A DNA stretch of 40,046 nt from Chiloscyllium plagiosum (taxonomy: Eukaryota). Shown here in pieces: positions 12,107 to 22,830 of the stretch; within the stretch, counting starts at the first letter, position 1, and the number at the start of each line of letters is the position of its first letter. The stretch is taken from assembly GCF_004010195.1 (NCBI RefSeq), contig NC_057720.1:14000363-14040408 (forward strand), in the 5' to 3' direction. The notes under the pieces are model-generated. The model was not told where the DNA came from and did not search any database. It saw only the letters and a list, made by a program, of their open reading frames with translations. Both the position numbers and the translations under genes were made by a program.

Positions 12107-12442
12107 GTGAGAAGATTTGTAGCTCGGGTGCTCGTTGTTGTGGTTCTGTTCGCCGAGCTGGGAATTTGTGTTGCAGACGTTTCGTCCCCTGTCTCAGTGT
12201 GTTGCTTGTCATCTGTGTGTGTGCCTACTAAGGATAGCTGGTCGTGTCGTTTCGTGGCTAGTTGGTGGTCATGGATGCGGTTCGTTAGCTGTCTTCCTGT
12301 TTGTCCTATGTAGTGTTTTGTACAGTCCTTGCATGGGATTTTGTACACTACATTGGTTTTGCTCATGCTGGGTATCAGGTCCTTCGTTCTGGTGAGTTGT
12401 TGTCTGAGAGTGGCAGCCACTGTAGTGTACAAAATCCCATGC
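12107..12442 (-). mobile_element. Penelope-like element fragment (GIY-YIG endonuclease joined to pLTR end)
   Basis: ORF 12001..12432: NVVYKIPCKDCTKHYIGQTGRQLTNRIHDH is a PLE GIY-YIG motif; it joins pLTR sequence with half hammerhead GGGGACGAAACGTC on the minus strand. Confidence 0.92.
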
Positions 12443-12772
12443 TATTACAAGATTGTGGTGAGAATATAGAACTCACCACCACAGAGAGTGGTGAAACAAA
12501 TATTACTGACATAGCTAAGGGAAATAAGTCTAGGAGGGAAGATAGAATAGGTGCTTCTTCTGGTACATTTACAAAATCAGAGAAATGCAGAATTGTTCAA
12601 ATTTAGACAAGAAAAGATGGGAAGGAAGCTTGAGTGAAGCATTAATGCTGGCATGGACCGGATAAGCCTATTTCTGTGGTGGATATCCAATGTAACAGTT
12701 TAGCTAACTGGCTGGATTGGATTGGTCGTGCCTTTTGAGGACAGGAGTTACCTGGACAAAGATTGAGTAGAT

Positions 12773-12947
12773 AGGCAAAAGTGGGGACTGCAGAAGCTGG
12801 AAACCAGAGTTTGGATCAGAGTGCTGCTGGAAAAGCACAGCAGGTCAGGCAGCATCCTGATGAAGGGCTTTTGCCCGAAACGTCGATTTTCCTGCTCCTC
12901 GGATGCTTCCTGACCTGCTGTGCTTTTCCAGCACCACCCTAATCTAA
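12773..12947 (-). mobile_element. Palindromic Penelope-derived mini-element with about 17-bp TSD
   Basis: Inverted arms GCTGGAAAAGCACAGCAGGTCAGG / CCTGACCTGCTGTGCTTTTCCAGC; flanks ACAAAGATTGAGTAGAT (12756-12772) and ACAATGATTGAGTGGAT (12948-12964). Confidence 0.85.
12852..12888 (+). ncRNA. Minimal type I hammerhead ribozyme motif (PLE type)
   Basis: CTGATGA(12857-12863)-A-GGGC TTTT GCCC-GAAA-CGTC: intact core, stem II, palindromic ACGT stem III, GUC triplet, 3-bp stem I (ATC/GAT); activity not shown. Confidence 0.65.
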
Positions 12948-13182
12948 ACAATGATTGAGTGGATGTCAGCATTGGGCGATGGGGTTTGAAAGTCCAGCTG
13001 AGAGGAACAGAAGTAGGACAGGGGTGGGAAGGGGTTCTATTTTCTGAAGTACTCTCTCAGTGTGCATGTTGGCATTTCTCACAGACAGTATCGAGCCCTT
13101 TCCATGTCCCTCTCTATTCCACTTTCCACTCCTGCCCTTTTAAAAACTATCTCTAAGAACTGGCTGCCCACTCCTGCCCATT

Positions 13183-13520
13183 AAGACTATAAGATATCAG
13201 ACCAAAAGTAAGCCATTCAGCCCATCAAATCTGCTCTGATATTCAGTGAGATTGTGGCTGATCTGATAATCTTCAGCTCCACTTTCCTGCCTTTTTCTTG
13301 TAATCCTCTATTCCCTTACTGATTAAAAAAGGCGTCTCTCTATACTTAAAGACTCAGCCTGTACAGCCCTCTGCAGCAAAGAATTGCACAGATTCACTGC
13401 TCTCTGAGAGAAGAAATTCCTCCTCATCTGTATCTTAACTGGACGACTCCTTACTCTGACATTATGCCCTCTAATCCTAGACTGTCTCACCAGGAAAACA
13501 ACCTCTCCACATCTACCCAC
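13183..13520 (-). mobile_element. CR1 LINE 3' fragment
   Basis: ORF 13323..13520: RIRGHNVRVRSRPVKIQMRRNFFSQRAVNLCNSL; tail AAGACTATAAGA. Confidence 0.9.
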
Positions 13521-13690
13521 TCCACAATATGGGGTGTGGACAGAGTAATATTGGGATCAATTGACTTGTCAGCAAAGTCAATTCATCTGCAGTTATTTAT
13601 TTAAATTTGGCAGACGAGTTATCTATTTCAGTGTCCAACGCTCCCCATTCCCCCAGTATTAATGGGGTTCAGCTAGGGTGCAGGTGGGAA

Positions 13691-14210
13691 TTTAGAATTA
13701 GAATTAGGTTTTATTGTCACCTGTACTCAAGTACAAAGTACGGGAGTATAGTGAAAACTGTACAATGTTGTCACACACGGTGCCATCTTTGGTACTAAAA
13801 TAGATTAGGTACAAAGATAGACAATGAAAGAGAAAAGCTGAAAGTTCCACATTACGGTTCTTCATTGTATAAATTAGGAAGATAAAGAAATACAGTTAAA
13901 AGATAAACATGACAGCCCTTCTATAGCCTGCAATCTTTGCGTTCTGTGGGCTTTCCACATGTGGTCTAACTCTCCCCGTGCTGATGGCATCAAGATCTGT
14001 GACAGACTGACCGCATCAGGCCCCAGCCCATCAGCCAATCTCTCTGGATCCCCAGTTCCTGCCCTGCAACCATTGGCTGCCCAGGCCCCAATCCACCAGC
14101 CAATCCCTCGGGGTTTCCATCTCCTGTTCTGTGACGCTGCCCAGCTTGGCTCGGGCCAATTGACCGATGACAGTCCCACACCGCACGAGCCCGCTGACCG
14201 CTGACCGTCC
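13691..14210 (-). mobile_element. Unclassified retroposon with Rex1/Babar-like 3' tail
   Basis: Minus strand ends TTTTCACTATAC...GTACAGGTGACAATAAAACCTAATTCTAATTCTA; GC-rich 5' part; left end clear, right end uncertain. Confidence 0.4.
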
Positions 14211-14520
14211 CACAATGTGGTAACTTGGGCACCCATATTTTACGTTCCTCCCCCCACCTGAACGCTCACCTGTCAGGGGCATGGGGGCTGCGGGCAGGTA
14301 AAATCTAGCCTCTCGACCTGACATTCTTGGAGGCTGCTTTTGTAATGTACTTTGAGTATCAGCCTGCAAATCCTTCCAATGCACCAATGGCAGGCTGTCA
14401 GTCATGCTTGATATGGACTAGTGCCTCTCAAGCTACAGCTACTGACTACAGGCTGGTCAGCTATTCCAGGCTATGGAAACAGAAGTAAACATATGCCCCA
14501 TTGCCTCAAACAGCACCAAG

Positions 14521-15108
14521 CCATAGAGGCATGGAGTCATAGAATCCTACATCATGGAGCCCAAACTGGTCCATGCTGACCAAAATGTCCATCAGTGCTA
14601 ACTCCATTTCCCTGCACTTGGCCCATATCCTTTTAAGTCTAGATCAGAGTGGTGCTGGAAAAGCACAGCAGGTCAGGCAGCATCCAAGAAGCAAGAAAAT
14701 CGACGTTTCAGGCAAAAGCCCTTCATCAGGGCTCCTCAGATGATTTTCCTAGTCCTCGGATGCTGCCTGACCTGCTGTGCTTTTCCAGCACCACTCTAAT
14801 CTAGACTCTGATTTCCAGCATCTGCAGTCCTCACTTTTGCCATATCCTTCTAACCTTTCCTTTCCATCTATTTGTCCAAATGCCTTTTAGATGTCGTTAA
14901 TGTACCCACCTCAACCACTAATGCTGGCAGTTCATTCCATATGCGTACCACACTCTGTGTAAAAAAGTTGTTCCTCAGGTTCCCTTTTTTTCACTTCTAA
15001 CCTTAAACTGATGCCCTCTAGTCCTCGATTCCCTGACCCTGGGAAAAAGACAGAGTGCATTCACCCTATCCTCTCATGATCTTATACACTTCTACAAGAT
15101 GCCCCTTC
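14521..15108 (-). mobile_element. CR1 LINE 3' fragment, interrupted at 14637-14839
   Basis: CATAGAGGCATGGAGTCATAGA tail; GGCCCATATCC; TTCCATATGCGTACCACACTCTGTGTAAAAAAG. Confidence 0.88.
14637..14839 (+). mobile_element. Palindromic Penelope-derived mini-element with 14-bp TSD
   Basis: Inverted arms; flanks CCATATCCTTTTAA (14623-14636) and CCATATCCTTCTAA (14840-14853); minus-strand hammerhead core CTGATGAAGGGCTTTTGCCTGAAACGTC at 14702-14729. Confidence 0.87.
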
Positions 15109-15794
15109 TGTCAGTGTGAAAATAGACCAAAAGTCAACCATGGCCTTAAACTGCACCATGACAATAACGGTATGAACCATCTGCAAATAGTTTTGTACTT
15201 CCTTTAAAAACAGCCCAGCAGTTATTCCCAAATCTATAGCAATTGAGAATTTGCAACTGCAACTCCCAATGGATCGGATCTGAAGCTAGCCATAGACAGG
15301 AGCTGTTGGGGAGGCCAGCTTAGCTCGTTCACCTAATGGCTGTCAAATTTCACTTCACTCTGTCTCACTCAGCACTTTGAAATGTAAACATAATTTCCAG
15401 GACCCAGACAGTAAAAAGTACCGACGCAAGCTGTGTGACTGATACAGCCACATCAGGTCTCAATCCTGGGTTTGGAGACAGCTCAAGAATTGGCAGCTTT
15501 TAACAAACAATGGCTGTGAATTAACAGGAAAGGAACAGAGCAGGACATGGAAGTCAGTCTTTCATAATGATCACCAGTAGAATGATGTGTGAGAGCCAGG
15601 CGTACCCAAGGCTTGAAGGGCCAAATGGACTATTCCTGTTCCTATGTTAGTTCACCATTCACATAATTTCCATCCTTCTAAAGGGAATGAATCCAGGCCT
15701 GTAAGCCACACTGCTACAAACAGGTCCCAGTCATTATTCTGACCAACAATTTGGAAAACCACAGGCAGGATGAGAGCTATTACATAGGAGCTTA

Positions 15795-16260
15795 AGAATA
15801 TAGGAATAGTTCATAAGTTTATTAGATTTAGGAGCAGAATTAGGCCATTCAGCCCATCGAGTCAGCTCCACCATTTGATCATGGCTGATATCCTCCTCAC
15901 TCCCATTTTCTTGCCTTCTCCCCATCTCCCTTCAACCCATTACCAATTAAAAATCTGTCTAACCCCTCCTTAAGTTTACTCATTGTCCCAGCACTTTGCG
16001 GAAGCAAATACTACTTATCCTTTGGGATAAGTAGTTTCTCCTTAACTCTGTCTAAAATTTGCTTTCCCTTACCCTAAGATTATGACCTCTTGTCCTAGAA
16101 TACCTCACAAGAGGAAACATCCACTCCACATCTATTTTACTCACATCTCTTATCACCTTGATCTCCCCTCAACTTGATCTTGCTTCATTCTTCCAAATTC
16201 CAGAGAGTATAAGGCCTAAACTGTTCAATCTCTCTTCATACCACAAGCCCTTCATCCCTG
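15795..16260 (-). mobile_element. CR1 LINE 3' fragment
   Basis: TAGGAGCAGAATTAGGCCATTCAGCCCATCGAG...ATCATGGCTGAT 3' UTR hairpin region and ORF2 tail. Confidence 0.85.
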
Positions 16261-16261
16261 G

Positions 16262-16640
16262 GAAAGAATAGAAGTTGGCTATTCAGCCCCTTAAGCCTGT
16301 TCCACTATTCTATTATATCATGGCTGATCTGTGGCCTAACTCCATATACAGTAGACTCCCCCACCCCCGTATCCACGGGAAATACGTTCCAAGACCTACC
16401 GTGGATGCCCAAAACCACGGTTAGTAGCAAACTTATCATTTAAATGGGAAATTTATCTGCCTGGCAGCCCCCCTGGTTCTAGAATGTTCCATGTAATACT
16501 TTCAGGCCACGGTAAACCATGGATAACTGAAACCACAGCAACCAATCCCGCGAATATAGTGGGGCCTTACTGTACCTGCTTTTGGCCCATATCCATTAGC
16601 ACCTTTACTCAATAGATTTATCTATCTCAGATTACAGCTC
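16262..16640 (-). mobile_element. Short CR1 3' fragment split by a MITE
   Basis: ATTCAGCCCCTTAAGCCTGTTCC...AACTCCATA|TA...|CCTGCTTTTGGCCCATATCC is continuous across the insertion. Confidence 0.75.
16349..16572. mobile_element. Tigger/MER2-like MITE
   Basis: TA|CAGTAGACTCCC...GTATCCACGGGAAATACGTTCCAAGACC ... GGGGCCTTACTG|TA: TIRs, TA duplication and MER2-like subterminal sequence. Confidence 0.82.
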
Positions 16641-18786
16641 TTTCCAGAATGAATCCTTTGTGTGACAGGTTTAGCTGCTGGAGAGAGAGAGTTGCAGCAT
16701 GCAGGTTATATCACGACCAGCTGCGGGAGAGGGGGGGGGGTGGTTTTGGAACCTGAGGGCGAACCATGCTGAACATTCCAGTGAAACCTCAGTGGCTCAT
16801 TTGCCAACTGTAGAGGACACATGGATCCTGGGGCCAATTCTCCACAGGCACCTCCCACAGGGATCAGATGTCCATCCCTTTCTCTCCCGGAGGAATGCAG
16901 TTGCCAACTGGTCACTTTTGGACAGGATGCCATGGTGGCCTGTTTACACCTACAAGCCAGTCCTACCAAAGAGGCCAATAGCAATGTCTCTGCACAGGGC
17001 ATTGTTCCAAACAGGCCTGTGCTTGCCAATATCTTCATCTGTGAGAACTATGTCACAGAAATGTGTGCTAACTTCTCAAGACTGAATGCCTGTGTGTTAT
17101 TGCTGAAGGAAGACTAATTTAAAAGCATGTTTTTTTTTTAGTACGGTTTAGTAAATTATTCATTGTGAGCTGGCTCACAAATGGATATTAATTTTAAATC
17201 CCTGCATTAATGAGAATGTTTTTGCAATGAATTCAGCTCAGTTGCTGCGGATTAGTGCTGTCTTTGTGTAGTATCAATTCTAGTCAAAGTGCCGGGCAAA
17301 TTCCTCCTTGTTATTTTCCTGTGCAGCTGCATTTTATAAGGTTTCCATCTCATCAACACCACGAGAAAAAACATGAACTTATTATCGCCACCTGATCAAG
17401 TTAATAAGCAGCTCGAACTTGGATCTAGACTCGTACCATGACACAAGTTACTGCAGCATAGAGCAACTTAAGCCTGTGCCCGCTGTGTGTTGACAGCACT
17501 GCAGGAGCACAGAGTAACAGTGCGGAGGCAGGGTGAATCCAGGGCTCGATACAAACAAGATTGTCAAACAGAATTAGCTGCAAAGTATCGCACACAAGGC
17601 GATGTTACTGTTCCTTTTTTTTAAAAGGAAGTAATTTCTTTTTCTTAAGAGAAAAGCACCCCATACCCTCGATCGTTCAGTACAAGTGAACGTTTGCCCT
17701 ATCTACTGAAAAAGGATTTTGAAACTCCCTGCAAGGCATTAAGGTTGAAGGCTGTGTGAAATGATTCATGAACATTTCATCAAATGGATCTCCCCAACCA
17801 GTGATTATTCAAAGCAAGTGTTTGTTTTTATTTAGATCAAGTTGAAAAGTAATGGAAAAGGCATGCTAACTAAACACCTTAAGTCTGAATTGTTTCTCAT
17901 TTAACAGAAGGAATTATTTATGCTTCTTTCTTTTTTGAGTGCTAAAGTTAATACAGTGGGAATGTGCTTTATGATGTTTGATGTGCCAGGTTAGCTTTTT
18001 AAGCACTCACTGTGGTATGTAACTTCTAATTTTTCTCTTATATATTTTTGACCTTGTCATCACTTCAACTGTGTCTCAGTTTCTGTAATCTAAGATGATC
18101 CGAATAAAAGCTTTTTATTGTCTGTTTGGACCTGATCCACTTTAAAAGCAAGAATCTAATGGGTTCTATGGCACTCACTTAGCTATAATTTATCTAGGGT
18201 AAATGGTCATAGAAGTTTTTTTTCTTAATATTAAAATGGCTAAAGAAACCTTTGAACTGCCAGTTAACTAAATGAAAGACTGCAGCTCTATAGACTTCAT
18301 GTCAAAGTTAGAAAAGATGTTTAATTCCTGAGTCTGTACAGATTGGCCCACTCAGCCATTCTCTCTTTCATTATGATTCTCTCTCTGCAAAGAGTCAATA
18401 GATTCTCATTCAGTTCCATGTCATAGACTTTCTGCAGAACTTATTGTATGCTAGTTTGTTCCAGTTGTAACAGTGCTAAGCAGAGCATGGGTTTCCCAGC
18501 TGAGAGCCTTGAGTCTGAATGCCTGCATGACCCAAAATGCCCCCCTTTGTGGGTGTGCAACACCACTTCTCCTTTGGACCATGAAACCAAACATTAGGAG
18601 ATCGTGGAGGAATGTATACATGAGAGGGAGAGAGTTGGGAGGGCTGGCTGAACAGACCTGCCCCAAACAAGCTATGGACTTTAATGTCATACCAATGTAC
18701 AGCAAACAAACAACTCGTCCATGCCAACCAGATATCCTAAATCAATCTAACCCCATTTTCCAGCATTTGGTCCATATCTCTCTAAG

Positions 18787-18902
18787 GCAAACGTGAGGAC
18801 TGCAGATGCTGGAAACCAGAGTTTAGATTAGAGTGGTGTTGGAAAAGCACAGCAGGTCAGGCAGCATTCGAGAAGCAGGAAAATCGACTTTTCAGACAAA
18901 AA
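18787..18902 (-). mobile_element. Single arm of the Penelope-derived element
   Basis: GGCAAACGTGAGGACTGCAGATGCTGG...GGAAAAGCACAGCAGGTCAGGCAGCAT; joins the host through AAACCCTTC microhomology. Confidence 0.85.
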
Positions 18903-19113
18903 CCCTTCCTATTCATGTACCCATCCAGATCCTATTAAATGCTGTAATTGTACCAGCCTCCACCTCTTTCTCTGACAGTCCATTCCATACACGCACCACC
19001 TTCTGCGTGAAAAGGTTGCCCCTTAGGTCCTTTTTATACCTTTCTCCTCTCACCTTAAACCTATGCACCCTAATATTAGACTCTCCTACCCCAGGAAAAA
19101 GACCTTGCCTATT

Positions 19114-19397
19114 TATAAAATCCCTACAACGTGGAAGCAGATCATTTGTCCCATTGAGTCCATAACTGCCCACAGACAAGCATCCCATCCATGACCAATC
19201 CTCCTCACCGCAAACGATAGACAACATAGCATGGTCAATCCACCAAGTCTCCATTTCTTTGGACTGTGGGAGGAAATCCACACAAACATGGAGAGAATGT
19301 GCAAACTCCACACAGACAGTTGCCTGAGACTGGAATTGAACCCAGGTCCCTGGTGCTGTAAGGTAGCAGTGCTAACCACTAAGCCACCATGTTGCCC
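19114..19397 (-). mobile_element. HE1-type V-SINE
   Basis: TTTGGACTGTGGGAGGAAA...GAATGTGCAAACTCCACACAGACAG...GCAGTGCTAACCACTAAGCCACC. Confidence 0.9.
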
Positions 19398-19527
19398 TAT
19401 TCATGCTCCTCATGATTTTATGACCATCTATAAGGTCACCCCTCAGCCTCCAATGCTTCCGGGAAAATAGTCCCAGCCTGTTCAGACTCTCCTTATAGCT
19501 CAAAAGCTCCAACCTCAGCAACATCCT

Positions 19528-20053
19528 TGGTCCCCACACCTCAGGAAGGACATACTGGCACTGGAGCATGTCCAGTGGAAATTCACACGGATGATCCTTG
19601 GAATGACAGGTCTAACATACGAGGAACGGCTGAGGATCCTGGGATTGTATTCATTGGAGTTTAGAAGATTAAGGGGAGATCTAATAGAAACTTACCAGAT
19701 AATACATGGCTTGGAAAGAGTGGACGCTAGGAAATTGTTTCCGTTAGGCAAGGAGACTAGGACCAGTGGACACAGACTTAGAATTAGAGGGGGTAAATTC
19801 AGAGACATTTCTTCAGCCAGAGAGTGGTGGGCCTCTGGAATTCATTGCCGCAGAGCGCAGGGAGGCTGGGACGCTAAATGTCTTCAAGGCAGCGATTGAT
19901 AAATTCTAGATGTCACAAGGAATTAAGGGCTACTGGGAGAATGCGGGTAAGTGGAGTTGAAATGCCCATCAGCCATGATTGAATGGCGGAGTGGACTCGA
20001 TGGGTCGAATGGCCTTACTTCCACTCCTATGTCTTATGGTCTTATGGTCTTAT
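19528..20053 (+). mobile_element. CR1 LINE 3' fragment (different subfamily from host)
   Basis: ORF 19591..19899: GLTYEERLRILGLYSLEFRRLRGDLIETY; tail (TTATGGTC)n. Confidence 0.93.
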
Positions 20054-22161
20054 TTCCTGTGCTCTCTCAAGTTTCACAGCACCTTTCCTGTAACAGGGAG
20101 ACCAGAACTGAATGCAGTATTCCGAAAGTGACCTAGCCAATGTCCTGTACAGCTGCAACATGACATTCCAACTCCTACACTCGGCGCAGTGACCAACAAA
20201 GCCAAGCTTACCAAATGCCTTCTTCACTAACCGAACAGAAGAAAGAAAAGTTGCATAGTTGGGAGATGGCATTGATGGAGGAGACCTTTGTGCATATAAT
20301 TTGTGATCCTTTGAATCTGTGAGATTAAGTAATGTTAAACGAGTAGCAATCTGCATTCTGATAATGAAGACTTTCCTGCTGAGAACAAACAATGCCAATG
20401 AATAAACATCAAAGACTTTTAAAGCTTTATATAGATTCTCAAGGTCTCTGCATGTTGATATAAATGTGGCTAATGATAGAGACTTGGAGTCAAACATTAC
20501 AAATTGCTCCTATTGTGGTACACCTTGGAAATATGTGCTAAATCAAACAAGAACATATACTTTGTCTGAGTAATTCAGGAAGATTTAGTAGGCCAAACAT
20601 TTACTGCCAACAATCTGAATCAATATCATGTTTTGTTCTGGAAAAATGTCAGAACTTTGTGCCTTCATAACACATGCATGCATTCTTCCAGCAGAGGTTT
20701 ATGACCAGTTGTTTTATGGTCCTCATTAGCCTGTGGAGTGGAACTACTTTTCACCAGTGGAAAGCTCGAGACCCTCGTTTGGCCGGTGACTGCTGGAGCT
20801 GTCACGTCAGAGGGACAGAAGCTGCCAACTAACCTTGTACAAAAACTCAACATCTCTTATTTGACTGAACTTTCGCCTGATTCAATGTCACCTTCAACAC
20901 TGGCAGGCATTACGTGAGAGCTTTATGGTAATACAGTACTTGTGGCTTTTAGAACAATTTATTTAAGCCATACTTAAGCCCTGCATCTAATCAACGTCTT
21001 TTTTAAAAAACAAATCAGCATTCATTAATACATTGTAATAGCACCACATTGTATTGTACCACTGCCAAAGGGGGGAAATGGATCTCCCCCACATACAGTA
21101 GAACAAGATGATCTCTGCAGGTTTCTTGGCCAAGGGCCATATCGGCCAGACATTCATATTTGCTGTTTTCAGATGTCTGCCAGCTCAGAGCAACACCCAA
21201 TTTTGATTCTTAATACAGTCAGGCATTATTATACCTGCCTAGTTTCTGCATGTTCCATTCATGATGGTTTGACAAAGTAAATCCTACATTACTGTTGTTG
21301 GACCCAGGCCATGTGCTACAGCAACTGGAGGCATTTCGACAGACCGTTCTATACAATTGCAAGATGTTGCGACATAGCCTGCACATTAATAAAGCTCAGC
21401 AATGCCACAATGAGGGGAGCGGGCAATGCAAAAATGCTAATTAATTCTGGTGATGGCAAACAGTAAGGTGAATAACGTCGAGAAATTCTATTCTTTGGGG
21501 ACCATTTGAGAGTGTTACATTGGAAGGAGGGGCCGCATTGCAAAGTCTGCCTGTGCCTGCTGTTACTATTACAAAGTCCATAGACATCTGTTTTTCTGAT
21601 AATATTAATTGCCCGTTACTCAGAGTGCTCCAAGATAATCACAGAACATCATAATTACGAGACTCCAATATATGTGGTCCTCGACATGCACTTCTTACAG
21701 CAACTGGTAAACTGCCAGAAGATGTTGTGCTCACTCACACACAGCTGCTTGACAGATACAGCAATGACATTATTCCATTTCTTTGGTCATAGATTGTAAC
21801 AAAACCTTTCCTTTAATTCAGCCCAAAGATACATTGGAACCATGCAGAATATAAAATAATTTAAATCATAGAGCTCCAGTAGTTTGTGGTGTAACTAGAA
21901 TTGAATAGTTGATTGATTTAACCAATAAACCAATGTGACATGGTTCATTAACTCACAGTGCTGGCTTGGTGACCAGAAATGATGACAGATAATATTATCT
22001 CTCTTTGTTTATTCGCTGTGCATAAACTGCATTCCGTATCCAAGATCTTTACCTAACATTAAAACCAAAGAATAGAAATGCATAAAAGGAGGTAATTCAC
22101 TGGTTTCAGCTTCGGAAAAAACAATCTGGTTAGTCCCGCACTCTTGCTATTCACCTGAAGT

Positions 22162-22449
22162 GGGCAGGCCGGTGGCACAGTGGTTAGCACTGCTGCCTCA
22201 TAGCACCAGTAGACCTGGGTTCAATTCCCACCTCAAGTGACTATCTGTGTGGAGTTTGCACATTCTCCCCGTGTCTGTGTGGGTTTCCTCTGGGTGCTCT
22301 GGTTTCCTCCCACAGTCCAAAGATGTGCAGGCCAGGTGAATTGGCCATACTAAATTGCCCTTAGTGTTAGGTGAAGGGGTAAATGTATGTATGGGTGGGT
22401 TGCACTTCGTTGGGGCGAAGGGCCTGTTTCCACACTGTAAGTAATCTAA
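22162..22449 (+). mobile_element. HE1-type V-SINE, well preserved
   Basis: GGTGGCACAGTGGTTAGCACTGCTGCCTCA head, box B GGTTCAATTCC, V-domain, GAAGGGCCTGTTTCCACACTGTAAGTAATCTAA tail. Confidence 0.93.
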
Positions 22450-22539
22450 GGAAATGTGGATACTTCAAGTATTTCCCCCAATCCCTATCTGATGTTGTTA
22501 TTGCATCTGTTTCCAACAACTGGTTAGGTGACTGGCAAT

Positions 22540-22830
22540 AGTTTCTCCTTTTTTAATCTTTCAAAATTCTTCTTGAATTTGAACACCTCGATCAAGTCTC
22601 CTCTATTATTCTCTGCTCTGAGCTCAGCTTCTCCAGTCTCACCTAAAGGTTGGTGCCCAGAATTGAACACAGTACTTTTGGAACACCAGTGTTTTCAGAG
22701 GCTCAGCACAATTTCCTTGCTTTTGTACACAGTGTCTCCATTAATAAAGCCAAGCATCTCATCTGCTTACAGCCTCTTTAATCTCACCCATCTCCTTTGA
22801 AGGTTTTTACACACACGCTCTCCCATTTAC
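22540..22830 (-). mobile_element. Old CR1 ORF2 fragment
   Basis: TTGAACACCTCGATCAAGTCTCCTCT, GGTGCCCAGAATTGAACACAGTACT and ATAAAGCCAAGCAT match CR1 ORF2 antisense. Confidence 0.65.

Larger units (their letters stand above)
18690..20232 (-). mobile_element. CR1 LINE 3' portion carrying three nested insertions
   Basis: CR1 sequence is collinear across the inserts at 18787-18902, 19114-19397 and 19528-20053; ORFs give RVHRFKVRGERYKKDLRGNLFTQKVVRVWNGL and VMLQLYRTLARSLSEYCIQFWSP. Confidence 0.88.

Noticed and set aside
16699..17117. Overlapping 98-128 aa ORFs
   Set aside because: No motif, ORFs on both strands and no splice support; explained by locally higher GC
9167..18902. Recurring GCTGGAAAAGCACAGCAGGTCAGGCAGCATCC as a CRISPR-like repeat or DNA-transposon TIR
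   Set aside because: Copies are dispersed kilobases apart, with asymmetric arms and long variable TSDs; no cas genes; eukaryotic retroelement context
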